DNA from: a virus
Strand: one strand, 5' to 3'
IMG/VR virus record: IMGVR_UViG_3300020203_000013
Location: 38,269 to 102,268 of that record
Length of the DNA stretch: 64,000 nucleotides
Shown here: one piece after another, positions 1 to 9,563 of the stretch
Layout of the letters: every line of letters begins with the position of its first letter
Numbering within the stretch: the first letter of the stretch is position 1
Translations under genes and position numbers: made by a program
The notes under the pieces: model-generated
The model's input: the letters and a program-made list of their open reading frames with translations, nothing else
Database searches by the model: none
Told to the model about the DNA's origin: nothing

Positions 1-604
1 TTATTATAAGAGCCTCAGATGCGGGATCAACTGGTGTTGCATCTGGAGATAGTCCGTAAGTCCAACAAATAACTTGATACTTACACAGCTCTAGCAGTTC
101 AAAGTTATTATCATTTAAAAAATCTTCTGTGGACTTCCAAAGTTTATTACCAAATTCATCTACTATAAGCTCTGAAGTTAAAAAATTAATCTTATCTTCT
201 TCGGCTATTTGGTCTGCTGTATTAGCAAATACGTTATTCATAGATAAATCTTCTTGAATAACTCTTTGTTTATAAATAGTTAATAAGTTGGCATAGGTTT
301 CTAGCTCTTCTGGGCTGTTAGTTAGTTCGGATTGATCTTTAGCTAGATTATATTGATTAAGTAACTCGGTTCGTTTAATAATATAATCTTCAATTACATT
401 TATTTCACCAGACTTAAGTACTAGTTCTAACTTCTTCTTAGTATATATTCCACGTTTAATAGCTTCAGTGAAGCTTTTAGTATTTTCCATTTTTGCTTCC
501 CTAATTACTTTAGGGGAGGGCTTAACCATCTTTAAAACTTTATCATTGAATTTGAATTCAAATACTACATTTAAAACTGATGTTGACTGTGTTGTGTTTT
601 CCAT
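1..604 (-). CDS. Partial ORF (runs off window), probable tail assembly chaperone
   Basis: Hand-translated from ATG at 604: MENTTQSTSVLNVVFEFKFNDKVFKMVKPSPK...VFANTADQIAEEDKINFLTSELIVDEFGNKLWKS..., no stop before base 1; helical; lies downstream of the tail tube gene. Confidence 0.55.
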   Translation of the reverse strand, partial: MENTTQSTSVLNVVFEFKFNDKVLKMVKPSPKVIREAKMENTKSFTEAIKRGIYTKKKLELVLKSGEINVIEDYIIKRTELLNQYNLAKDQSELTNSPEELETYANLLTIYKQRVIQEDLSMNNVFANTADQIAEEDKINFLTSELIVDEFGNKLWKSTEDFLNDNNFELLELCKYQVICWTYGLSPDATPVDPASEALII

Positions 605-606
605 AA

Positions 607-930
607 TTACTTACCTGTTCCTAGTTTTCCATCTTCCCTGCGAGATGCTATTTCTGGGGCTGCCAGTTTTGTGGTAGCGAGGCGGGGAGATGGCTTTATC
701 TGTACAACGTCTTCTCGAATAACAGAAGGTTCATACTTTAAATTGTAGTTGGTTTCTAGCTCAGACTCAATATCCCTGAGGAGGTCATTAGTGGACCCTA
801 AAATCTTTGACCGAAACTGTATATAGTTATCTTGAGGTACTACAACCTCTGACAGGTCTAATACTCTTTTTTGAAGTGACTTTATTTGTTTTTCAACGAA
901 GTCTAAAAACTTTTCCTTGTGCTTATCCAT
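607..930 (-). CDS. Hypothetical protein in tail module
   Basis: 107-aa ORF, AAAGG SD-like sequence, GTACTAT motif upstream. Confidence 0.6.
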   Translation of the reverse strand: MDKHKEKFLDFVEKQIKSLQKRVLDLSEVVVPQDNYIQFRSKILGSTNDLLRDIESELETNYNLKYEPSVIREDVVQIKPSPRLATTKLAAPEIASRREDGKLGTGK

Positions 931-1002
931 AACCTTTACCTTTTACTCTATAGCTAACGCCCTAGAATCCTTACTTAAAAAATAGTACATTACGTATTTA
1001 TA

Positions 1003-2742
1003 CTAGATAGTAAGAGAGAACTTTATTTTTCCACAATCCCATATTCTTCTATACCTGGTGTAGTTAAATACTAACTCAGATTCAGTCAAACTAGAATCAT
1101 ATTTATCCCCTAATAATACCTTAAGTCTCTTCTTTTGGAAAGCCCTTCTGTGAAATAATTTCTTCCCTAAGACATAATAATATCTGGGATCTACTAAGGA
1201 TTCCTGGGTAAACCCTAAAGTCTTATATAGATTACCACTAGAATACCTTAAATCTGCAAATGAAACTATTTTTACTGGTTTATAGTTGTTTTTGAAATAA
1301 GAAAGGAGTTTGCCCGCGCCCCCTTGAACCCTATAACTACTTAGACTGCAAAACCTAACTAACTCCCAATTGCCATTTTTAGTATCTGAAAAGCTCATTA
1401 CAGAGACTAACTCCTCTTTAAAATAGAGTCCTAAGTGGGTAGTGGCCTTACAATACCCCTGAAGGTGGTTTAAATTATAGAAATTTCTAGTGCAGGTTGA
1501 ATCTCTTATTTCCAGTACTTGGCACTTTCTAGCATATATCGAAGGCAGGCTATTAGATACTTTATTTTTAAGTATATTCATCCAGATAGTCTTCTTACTG
1601 GAATCTAAAATCTCTGATTCAAGGACTGTTAACAGCTCAATTCCCTTTTCTCTACAAAGTTTGGTTTTTTTAGAGGACGCTCTTTTTTCGTCAAGAGTTT
1701 CCTGCCTGTTAAATGAGTGCCAGTACAGGCCATTGATCTCTATTGCTAGGTTTTTCTCTGGAATAAATAAGTCCAGTTCTCCGTCTATAATGTCCCTGGT
1801 GTTTGTTTCTATATTTGTAATTCCGAGAGATTTTAAATAAGTTTCAAATTCTAACTCATAAGAGGACCTAAAAAAGTACTCTACTTTTAATCCAAAGTCA
1901 GAGAAGTCTCTTATAACTTTAGTAGCAGATACCCCTAATATACCTGCTATAGAGGTCAAATCCCTCTTTAGGGTATTATGCATTATAAACAACCACTTCT
2001 TATACTTTGACTTATTTTCAAGAAACTTAAGAATCTTAAGGTCTATATGTTTTTGTTTAAAGTTTTTAACTCCATAGTTACTTATTGATGTTTTCTTTGA
2101 TTGCTCTTTAAACTTATCAGATAAGACGTAGTAATTTACTCCATATTTAAGATTAGTAGTACTCTTCTTTTTACTCTCGTACTGTTCCTTTTTAACAGGA
2201 TCTTGCATGGTTTCTTTAAAGGAGTTTGCTGCTTTCTTTTTTAGTTCTTCACTCTTTAAAGGACTTTCTACTCCATGGTTGCGTATCATAGAGGACTTAA
2301 ACTTTTCCTTAATTCTTAAACTTCTTAGTGCAGATTTAACTCCATGATTTGAATATAAAGTATCTAAAGATTTGCTATAAAACTCTGGTACTTGCAAGGC
2401 ATGTTCTGTATGATACCTCTCTAACATGGTTAACTTCATTCTTGACATGTTAGCTTTTCTAGACTCGGTGCAGTTGTTGCTACAGAATTCATTATATACG
2501 CCTGCTCTCCAGTAATTTACTAACTTTCCACATTTACATATCGGTGCGCTGAGCTGGTCATTAAGGATGCAATATACCCTTTCAGATATACTAGAGGTAG
2601 AGGATAAAAAACTAGTCTTTTCAAGTAGTTCTGAGTATAACTTAGGTTCATTGGCTTGGAGATAGGATTTTACGCATCGTGAACGATACAACGTACCATC
2701 CTCTCTGACCATCTTAGCCTTTAATTCTTCTTTAAAACTCAT
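1003..2742 (-). CDS. Free-standing homing endonuclease-like protein (PD-(D/E)XK nuclease, KYGV-type repeats, C-terminal GNAT/Mom-like domain)
   Basis: Zn knuckle CKCG..FCSNNC; repeats NHGV/KYGV/NYGV; ELDLFIPEKNLAIEINGLYWHS nuclease motif; IYARKC..NHLQG..ELVRFCS..SFADLRYS..LYKTLGF C-terminal domain; sits after a terminator inside the tail module. Confidence 0.75.
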   Translation of the reverse strand: MSFKEELKAKMVREDGTLYRSRCVKSYLQANEPKLYSELLEKTSFLSSTSSISERVYCILNDQLSAPICKCGKLVNYWRAGVYNEFCSNNCTESRKANMSRMKLTMLERYHTEHALQVPEFYSKSLDTLYSNHGVKSALRSLRIKEKFKSSMIRNHGVESPLKSEELKKKAANSFKETMQDPVKKEQYESKKKSTTNLKYGVNYYVLSDKFKEQSKKTSISNYGVKNFKQKHIDLKILKFLENKSKYKKWLFIMHNTLKRDLTSIAGILGVSATKVIRDFSDFGLKVEYFFRSSYELEFETYLKSLGITNIETNTRDIIDGELDLFIPEKNLAIEINGLYWHSFNRQETLDEKRASSKKTKLCREKGIELLTVLESEILDSSKKTIWMNILKNKVSNSLPSIYARKCQVLEIRDSTCTRNFYNLNHLQGYCKATTHLGLYFKEELVSVMSFSDTKNGNWELVRFCSLSSYRVQGGAGKLLSYFKNNYKPVKIVSFADLRYSSGNLYKTLGFTQESLVDPRYYYVLGKKLFHRRAFQKKRLKVLLGDKYDSSLTESELVFNYTRYRRIWDCGKIKFSLTI

Positions 2743-2761
2743 ATGTTACGTAGATGATAGC

Positions 2762-2798
2762 AAAAAAAAAGAGCCAGGTCTACACCTAGCTCTTTTTT
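2762..2798 (-). terminator. Rho-independent terminator after tail tube gene
   Basis: A9-GAGCCAGGT-CTAC-ACCTAGCTC-T6 hairpin with tracts on both sides. Confidence 0.8.
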
Positions 2799-2816
2799 CA
2801 GTCATGCGATTAGAAA

Positions 2817-5132
2817 TTACTCGCCTTGTGATTCAATAGTTTTAGTTACTAAATCTACTTCCGCAAATCCTCTAATTACTGTTACTTCGTTAGTTCCCCT
2901 GAAAGCAAATGTCTGAGTAGCGTTTCCTTCTAGAGGTGTATTTGTATTTTCTTCAGTAATTCTGAGATTATTACAAACAACAGTCTTTATTGGGTACTCT
3001 CTTAAAGAACCATCAGTAACGTCATATATACGTTTAATTCCGTTAACATAGTATTCATCACCAAACATATCTGGAGATAGAACTTTTCTGTCTAGCCCCG
3101 AACCACCAGCTTCCTGGTCAGTTTGTTGGTAAATCATAACTACTGCTGTAAGATTACTCTTAGCAAATAAGTCAACAATAGCAATGTCTGTTAATGTTCC
3201 AGACTTGTATTTATTAAGCTTTCCTGCAAAAGTGGCATACTGCTCTAAGTCACTTGCTGTAGCGTCCAAACTTACTGTAAACTTGATAGGCAAAGTCAAA
3301 GGTCTAGCGTAGTTGTTTAATCTACCTAGCTCTTTTAAAGGCTCTCTAGTTAGGCTTGAAGTAATAGTAGCTGTTTGAAGTCTTAATGCAGCCTCATAAT
3401 CCCCAATTAGGATTGTTGAGTTTACAGTAGGAGATGTATTTACTAATACCGCACTTCCGTCATCAATTGCTCCAGAAGCCGTAGTAGACAGATCGATTCT
3501 TCGACTAACTTCAGAGACTCCAGATATTGTAGTATTGAATGCGTTTCCTGATACCAATACTGTAATTGCTGATCCTACGTAGTCAGCGTCAACTCCGCAC
3601 AAGCTATTAACAAATGCTCCTGATGCTGTAGAAACTGCTGAACTAGATTCCCCTAGTCTTAGGTTCGGCCAAACCGAGCCTCCTAAGGTGATACTTCCAT
3701 TATTAAAGTTACCTGAAAGACTATTGCTTGCGCCGATAATCTCTCTAGATGGTCCATTTTTACCTGGGCCGTCTACAACTCTAACTTTTAATCCTACGAA
3801 TCTACCTAGATCTACTTTACTTTCAACGGTATTGTTAAAAGTAATACTTGCTCCACTGATTGCAGCGCCAGTTAGTACAGACTTAAGGAGTAAATCTGGA
3901 TCTACTAAGTAGACTTCAATTTGTCCTTGTCTTACTGAACCGACATCTTCTACGTCATCAGATGAGATTGGGGCAAAATATTTAGCTGAGACATAGCTAG
4001 AGTCTGCACCGCCTGGTCTCCCTGCTTCTCCAACTTCAACGGCATAACCGTTGGCAGCATAGAAAGCAAAAACTTTATCGCTGTTTTGAAAACTAGATCT
4101 TCCTGCTGGAAGAACGTTAGATAAAGCTGAGTTTGTACCATTTGAGTAAAAGGCTAAGGTATTTACACTAGAATCGTACAAAAAGTATTCAGTTACGTTT
4201 GTTGGAATACAATCATTTAAATCAAATACAGGAATGGCTTTACTTTCTCCAATGGCTAATCCACCAGTGGCAGAAAAGGTAAGGAGAACTGAAGGTCTAC
4301 CTGCTAGATCTTTCTTTAAAAATCCTAAAGTTTTATTGTCTAACTTAGGTACAGCCAAAGGAGATGCAAGAGACATCTTTAAAAATGTTTTTGCTCCTAA
4401 AGTAGCTGCTAGTATTTCTCCAGCTGCTGAGTTAGCTCCAACTCTCCACTCTTCCCACGAAAGGAATCTTGCAGAGTTAAGTAACCACTGTTTTTGCTCG
4501 GACTCAGCTGCATAGTCTTCGTTAGCCATGTCTGAGGTAGAGTAAGTTAGTGTAAGGTTGTTAACAAATACGTCTTTTAGAAGTTTAGTGAATTCAATAC
4601 TATCATTGGCAGAACCTAAAGAACATTCAGATTGAATAGGACTCCAGATATCTACACCTTTAGAGATTCCGCACTCTCTACCAAAATCTGGTAGTGCTAC
4701 TCCGTGAAGGTATGCTAAGGCAGTTCCACCAGGAGAGTCTTTAATGACGATGTTTGCTTTACCTGTGCCAGATGCAGCAGGTAATCCAGAAAAAGCGGTG
4801 GCATTTAAGTCACCCTCACTGGTATCTCCAAATCCACCAACAGTACCATTAAAGGTAACTCCATCAGATTGTCTGATGTTGTGATTAAGATTTTGAGTTG
4901 GCACTTTTGCTAAAGTCGCCATTGTATAAATTGATCCGTAATCGTGCCCTTCCAAAGTTATTGCAACTTCTGGAGAGTCATCAACGATGTCTGTTAGATT
5001 GAGGTCTCCTAACTGAAACACGTCCTCAGTATTAAAGGTTGTTGAACTTCCAAGAGTTCTAATTCTGTAAAGAATTCTACCTTCTGCTTGTACGGACTGA
5101 GAAGCATAAATAATCCTAGTTCTTCTTGCCAT
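2817..5132 (-). CDS. Major tail (tube) protein
   Basis: 771 aa, AGGAG SD, followed by a terminator, Ser/Gly/Thr-rich beta composition, located between tail completion and chaperone genes, two copies of a tube-like R-x-x-T...E-x-x-x-LG motif. Confidence 0.65.
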   Translation of the reverse strand: MARRTRIIYASQSVQAEGRILYRIRTLGSSTTFNTEDVFQLGDLNLTDIVDDSPEVAITLEGHDYGSIYTMATLAKVPTQNLNHNIRQSDGVTFNGTVGGFGDTSEGDLNATAFSGLPAASGTGKANIVIKDSPGGTALAYLHGVALPDFGRECGISKGVDIWSPIQSECSLGSANDSIEFTKLLKDVFVNNLTLTYSTSDMANEDYAAESEQKQWLLNSARFLSWEEWRVGANSAAGEILAATLGAKTFLKMSLASPLAVPKLDNKTLGFLKKDLAGRPSVLLTFSATGGLAIGESKAIPVFDLNDCIPTNVTEYFLYDSSVNTLAFYSNGTNSALSNVLPAGRSSFQNSDKVFAFYAANGYAVEVGEAGRPGGADSSYVSAKYFAPISSDDVEDVGSVRQGQIEVYLVDPDLLLKSVLTGAAISGASITFNNTVESKVDLGRFVGLKVRVVDGPGKNGPSREIIGASNSLSGNFNNGSITLGGSVWPNLRLGESSSAVSTASGAFVNSLCGVDADYVGSAITVLVSGNAFNTTISGVSEVSRRIDLSTTASGAIDDGSAVLVNTSPTVNSTILIGDYEAALRLQTATITSSLTREPLKELGRLNNYARPLTLPIKFTVSLDATASDLEQYATFAGKLNKYKSGTLTDIAIVDLFAKSNLTAVVMIYQQTDQEAGGSGLDRKVLSPDMFGDEYYVNGIKRIYDVTDGSLREYPIKTVVCNNLRITEENTNTPLEGNATQTFAFRGTNEVTVIRGFAEVDLVTKTIESQGE

Positions 5133-5162
5133 TTTGTATAAATGTACTCCTTAGCCTAAAAT

Positions 5163-6209
5163 TTACGATGTCTGTCCCTTCACTATTAATGAATCCAGAC
5201 CTCCTGGAGCTGCATCTAACCCATTAAATTTACCTACCAACTTGGGATCTCTATCTGTTTTAGAGCAAGTAGTTAAGCGAATTTTTCCCATGTGTCTCAT
5301 TGAGTCAGACATATTTCCACGAGGACTAGTATCGAACAAGACCTCTACTTTAATAAAGTACAATAAATTCCCATTACCAGGATTTAAAGTCAGGTAACTT
5401 CTATATGTTTTTCCATTAAAGTGAATGTCTTTTATAAAATCTTCATTGATTACCCCGTGTTGTTTTAGGGGTTGTCCAGATCTGTTAAAGTCTATGACTG
5501 GGGAGTGCTTGTTAAACAATCCAGACTCTATAACATCCAATAGGCTTCTCCTATTGGCTAAACTGGTAGCAAATACGTCTATACAGTAGCTACGTTCAAA
5601 TTTCACCCCTGGTCCAATTTGAAACCCGTGAAGTCCCTGTTTTTCAGGATATACTGCCACTATAGGGATGTTGGGGGTATTTTCTTGAGAAGGCCATCCG
5701 TCCAGGACAGCTACCATGTGAAATGAAAAATCTATACTGGTTGGGGTCAAAGTTGCCGCGATTCCTGATGGAGTCGTTGGGGCTGGATATCTTACCCTAC
5801 CCTTTTCATAGTCTATTTGATACCAGGACCTGTCCATCTCAGAACCTGACTGGTCATAGACCTTTATAGAAGTCAGCTCCCTTTCTGTAGGTATTGAGTA
5901 AGAGCTTTGGTCAAAAGGGGTCCCGTAGGTGGAGACATAAGCACTAGTAGTTACTTCATAAATATCACAAGAATTAATTGGGGACCTTTCAAAACTATTT
6001 AGACCTCTACCTTTGGTCTTATATAAAGAACCAAAGGGATTGCTGGGATCTATTACTTTATAATCTGTTCGTTGAATTCCATTATAAAGTTGGGAATCAT
6101 AGACTAAAGGTACATTCTGTACTTCTTGACTAAATTCTGGAGCTAGTATAGCTTCTTTTATATAGGAAATTAGTGATAGATGTTCTAGTTCTGTTCTGCT
6201 TAAGGACAT
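5163..6209 (-). CDS. Putative tail completion/terminator protein
   Basis: Directly upstream of tube gene; PIVAVY...ERSYCIDVFA...RRSLLDVI pattern typical of tail terminators. Confidence 0.5.
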   Translation of the reverse strand: MSLSRTELEHLSLISYIKEAILAPEFSQEVQNVPLVYDSQLYNGIQRTDYKVIDPSNPFGSLYKTKGRGLNSFERSPINSCDIYEVTTSAYVSTYGTPFDQSSYSIPTERELTSIKVYDQSGSEMDRSWYQIDYEKGRVRYPAPTTPSGIAATLTPTSIDFSFHMVAVLDGWPSQENTPNIPIVAVYPEKQGLHGFQIGPGVKFERSYCIDVFATSLANRRSLLDVIESGLFNKHSPVIDFNRSGQPLKQHGVINEDFIKDIHFNGKTYRSYLTLNPGNGNLLYFIKVEVLFDTSPRGNMSDSMRHMGKIRLTTCSKTDRDPKLVGKFNGLDAAPGGLDSLIVKGQTS

Positions 6210-6215
6210 TTACCT

Positions 6216-6575
6216 TTATAAAACAACTAACTTTATAACGACTACTGCAATTCCTGCTGCTGTCGTATACAGTGTAATTCTTCTCCACTTAGCTGCTGAT
6301 GCTTTATATATTAAAACATCTTGCTTAGCTGAGATTAACTGATCAGTTAAACCCTTAGCTTGATTATCTCTTTCATCCAGTTTGGAGTATAAATCCTTAA
6401 CCAGTAGTTCACAAGAACTTAAGGTAGATAAATCCCTTTCGGAAGCATCAAGTAAAGTAATTACATCTATTGAGTCTGAGTCTTTAATACAGACCTCTGC
6501 GTTAGCTATTCCTACTCCTATTTGATTTATCAAAAACAATACTAATATACTGTAAATAAAGTACTTTTTGGCCAT
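6216..6575 (-). CDS. Membrane protein with coiled coil (spanin-like)
   Basis: N-terminal signal/TM, central coiled coil, C-terminal hydrophobic segment. Confidence 0.45.
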   Translation of the reverse strand: MAKKYFIYSILVLFLINQIGVGIANAEVCIKDSDSIDVITLLDASERDLSTLSSCELLVKDLYSKLDERDNQAKGLTDQLISAKQDVLIYKASAAKWRRITLYTTAAGIAVVVIKLVVL

Positions 6576-6576
6576 A

Positions 6577-7026
6577 TTAGTCTTTAATTCCTCGTTTAGC
6601 TTTTATACGTTTAACGTCTTCCAACATTTTATCCTTTAATTCTTTAGATGTCAGTTTAGATAGGGACTTTCTAAGAACACTATTAGCTAGTGCATCTAAC
6701 TTCTTTTTACCATTTAAAGTATTAATTCTAGATAATAATAGTTCATTATCTTTCTTATTTTGATCTAAGGCCTGTTGTAGTATTTGAATTTGTCCCGCCA
6801 AAGCCTGAGCTTCTAGCTCTTTTTGATTCATATAAAGACTTAAGGAGTATAACCCTAAGGTTATTACTACAGTTAAAGCTATCCAGTTAGTTAGAGCCCA
6901 CTTAATCAATACCCCAAAGAAGGTAGAATTTTCTATATTAATAATTGCTGACTGTCTTCTAGTTTCAACAAAGTTGGAAATCTTTGACGATGGTTTTATG
7001 TTACTTGGTGTCTTTTTGGTGGCCAT
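6577..7026 (-). CDS. Single-TM coiled-coil protein (i-spanin-like)
   Basis: TM WIALTVVITLGLYSLSLY followed by long heptad region. Confidence 0.45.
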   Translation of the reverse strand: MATKKTPSNIKPSSKISNFVETRRQSAIINIENSTFFGVLIKWALTNWIALTVVITLGLYSLSLYMNQKELEAQALAGQIQILQQALDQNKKDNELLLSRINTLNGKKKLDALANSVLRKSLSKLTSKELKDKMLEDVKRIKAKRGIKD

Positions 7027-7028
7027 TT

Positions 7029-7442
7029 TTATTTACCCTGCTTTGGTAGAAATTTCTTTAAGTCTGCATTGGAAGTACCAGTATCCAACTTCTTAATTAC
7101 TTCTGAAGTGGATTTTCCGTCTGTATAATAACTGACACCTTTAATAGCTAAGATTCCTGTAATTACTGCTGTAGAAAATAGTAGCACATGGGACAAAGCT
7201 GAGTCGTAAAGAACAGTCTCGGTGTGGGTAATAATTGTCGCTAGGCCCTCTTTGGTCAGGTACCCTAGTTTATATAAGGCAGTTGATCTCTCTATTACTT
7301 CTAATAGGATCACTTTTAAACTTAGCCAAGCTCCGATCAGTAAAAATATAAAGGTCCAAAAGGCCAAGAACTTAAAGGATATTAATTGCCATTTAAGTTT
7401 ACCTAACCAGTTAGTCCAATCTTCCTTATCTAGTAGAGACAC
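7029..7442 (-). CDS. Holin-like membrane protein
   Basis: 137 aa, two predicted TM segments, basic C-terminal tail. Confidence 0.45.
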   Translation of the reverse strand: MSLLDKEDWTNWLGKLKWQLISFKFLAFWTFIFLLIGAWLSLKVILLEVIERSTALYKLGYLTKEGLATIITHTETVLYDSALSHVLLFSTAVITGILAIKGVSYYTDGKSTSEVIKKLDTGTSNADLKKFLPKQGK

Positions 7443-8425
7443 TAATACTTAGAAACGTCACGAATCCGCTTCTCTAACTCCTCTACAGTGTGTTGGTTTC
7501 CATTATCTGAATGGAAAACTCTGGCCATCTTAAGAACTGATTTGTCTCCACACATTCCTATCAACCTAGACAACTCTTTATGATCTTTTTCATTTATTAA
7601 ATCTTGAATGAATACTTCTCTTTTAACTGAAGCAGATGTCTGAGTCTGTGTGTACTTATTAACCTTTGTAGGGTCGTAGTTAACTCCAGCCGCGCTGGGG
7701 GCTTTGGATTTTTCGTCAGATCCAGAGACTACTTGAGATCCTTCCCTTGTAAGTTCGGGCGTTAGAACGTGGTGTCTTTTACTTAGATTTGCAGATTCGG
7801 CATTTCTTAAAGCTTGCTCTTCCTTAGAATTAACAATCCTAGTAACAGGTTCTCCATGTTCTGAGAGCATAATCACTCCAGCTTTTTTAGTACTTTTTGA
7901 TGCCTCTCTGCCTCTTTGTAGATCATCACCGCTGGTGACTTTAGCTGAGTCTAACTTGTTAGTTTCAACTAACTGTCTAATAGGATCTTTAGTTTGAATT
8001 GAATTATCAGGGTCTCTTTCTATAGACCCTACTGCATCTGGATGTCTCATTTTTCGAAGATTTTCTGTGGCATTTTTAGCAGATGTTGCTTTTTTCAAAG
8101 ATCCTGACTCTAAAGTTATAAGCTTTTTGCCTTTTACCTTAGGTTTAACAATTCCACCTTCATTCTCCTCAGTATCTTTTCCAGCCACGTCCTCATCATC
8201 TGCGATAGTCGAATTAGAATTTTCAACTAGAAAATCTTTGTCTGAAATAAAGTCAGATAGCCAAGTATTAAAGTCTGATCTGCTGATTCCCTTTTTTACA
8301 GAAGCTGTGACATGTTCGAATATAGACTCCAGAGACCTTGCTTGGCCCGATGCCCATTCTAGTTTTAATGACACCATAGGGAGGTTGCCAATAAATCTTA
8401 AATTCGATGTTGTACTTGTATGCAT
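7442..8425 (-). CDS. Hypothetical protein, largely charged/disordered
   Basis: 327-aa ORF coupled (TAATG) to the next gene. Confidence 0.6.
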   Translation of the reverse strand: MHTSTTSNLRFIGNLPMVSLKLEWASGQARSLESIFEHVTASVKKGISRSDFNTWLSDFISDKDFLVENSNSTIADDEDVAGKDTEENEGGIVKPKVKGKKLITLESGSLKKATSAKNATENLRKMRHPDAVGSIERDPDNSIQTKDPIRQLVETNKLDSAKVTSGDDLQRGREASKSTKKAGVIMLSEHGEPVTRIVNSKEEQALRNAESANLSKRHHVLTPELTREGSQVVSGSDEKSKAPSAAGVNYDPTKVNKYTQTQTSASVKREVFIQDLINEKDHKELSRLIGMCGDKSVLKMARVFHSDNGNQHTVEELEKRIRDVSKY

Positions 8426-8443
8426 AAACTATATTACCTTATA

Positions 8444-8827
8444 TTAATCTTCTCTAGATGTCCTATTATAATCAATTTTCTTCTTTAAATCAATATTATC
8501 AATTATAAAATGTAGAATATTACTAATCCTCTGACTTACTAGTATTATTACGAATAAGTTCAATGGGTTATAATTAACTAACTGAGGTAGCTCATCAAAG
8601 TACCAAAAAATTACGGACCAAATTAAAGAAACCCAGAAGCTCTTACAGTATCCACAGAATAATAAATAAGTTAAGTAATCGTTTAATTTCGTAAACCTTG
8701 TAGTTATATTTAATATAAAAGTTATAACTGGTTGAAATATAACACTTTTAGTTACTGAAACACTTATCTCTACTAAAAAAGATAGAAGGAGTAAACTACT
8801 TACTATTTGCATATCGGGCTTGAACAT
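8444..8827 (-). CDS. DUF1360-like membrane protein
   Basis: Multiple TM segments with CGYCKSFWVS motif. Confidence 0.55.
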   Translation of the reverse strand: MFKPDMQIVSSLLLLSFLVEISVSVTKSVIFQPVITFILNITTRFTKLNDYLTYLLFCGYCKSFWVSLIWSVIFWYFDELPQLVNYNPLNLFVIILVSQRISNILHFIIDNIDLKKKIDYNRTSRED

Positions 8828-9563
8828 ACTTTACTGCGTTTTCTACTGCGGGTTGTATTACCATGGATTGAATTTCTTCCTCACTTAATACTCCCGCAAA
8901 CCAGTTTTTTCCTGCCTTACCTGACTGTGGGTGCTTCAACTGCTCTAAGGAGTAGGAATATCCTGCTGACTTTAACCTAGAGTTTATACTCAACTTTTCT
9001 TCTCCAGATGTAATGGTCCATAAATGTCCATCTCCAAATCTCCCTAGCTGTCCTGGAGAACGACCTTTTATTGCTTCATAAGCATCTAAACTAATCCAAT
9101 ATAGATCGTTTCCAAAAGAACCGACTAAGAAGTAAACTAACCACTGTATTGGAGCCGTTCCAGTTACATCCCCTTCTTTTCCAAAACCGCAAAATCCATC
9201 CGATAACAGGACTAATTCTAACTCTGAGTCTGGAGACACGCTAGTAGCGGCTAGGGCAAAGTTATTCCTAATTTCCGTCTCTATAGAACTTATATACCCT
9301 CCTTGTAAGAAGGACGTTGGATCTTGTGAGGCTACAACACTGGAGCTAAAGTACTCCGCTTGTATTTCTGCAAAGACCTGTAGAGTTTTTGATATAAAAT
9401 AGTTTTGGACAGATGAAGTTAATAACTGCTTCTTTAACTCAGCGATGTAGGTAGTTTTAAGAGTTTTTTCTATGTCTTTGATGAGGGTATTTATTTGGCC
9501 GCCAATCGCTGCCTCTGCTTTTGTAGCATTTGCTTTTAATTTAACTTTAATTCCACTTACCAT
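8796..9563 (-). CDS. Putative neck/virion morphogenesis protein
   Basis: Position after head-closure gene; 255-aa ORF. Confidence 0.45.
   Translation of the reverse strand: MVSGIKVKLKANATKAEAAIGGQINTLIKDIEKTLKTTYIAELKKQLLTSSVQNYFISKTLQVFAEIQAEYFSSSVVASQDPTSFLQGGYISSIETEIRNNFALAATSVSPDSELELVLLSDGFCGFGKEGDVTGTAPIQWLVYFLVGSFGNDLYWISLDAYEAIKGRSPGQLGRFGDGHLWTITSGEEKLSINSRLKSAGYSYSLEQLKHPQSGKAGKNWFAGVLSEEEIQSMVIQPAVENAVKYVQARYANSK

Noticed and set aside
595-660. Programmed -1 frameshift between tail chaperone genes (lambda G/GT type)
   Set aside because: No clear X XXY YYZ slippery heptamer before the stop at 607, and the downstream gene has its own ATG
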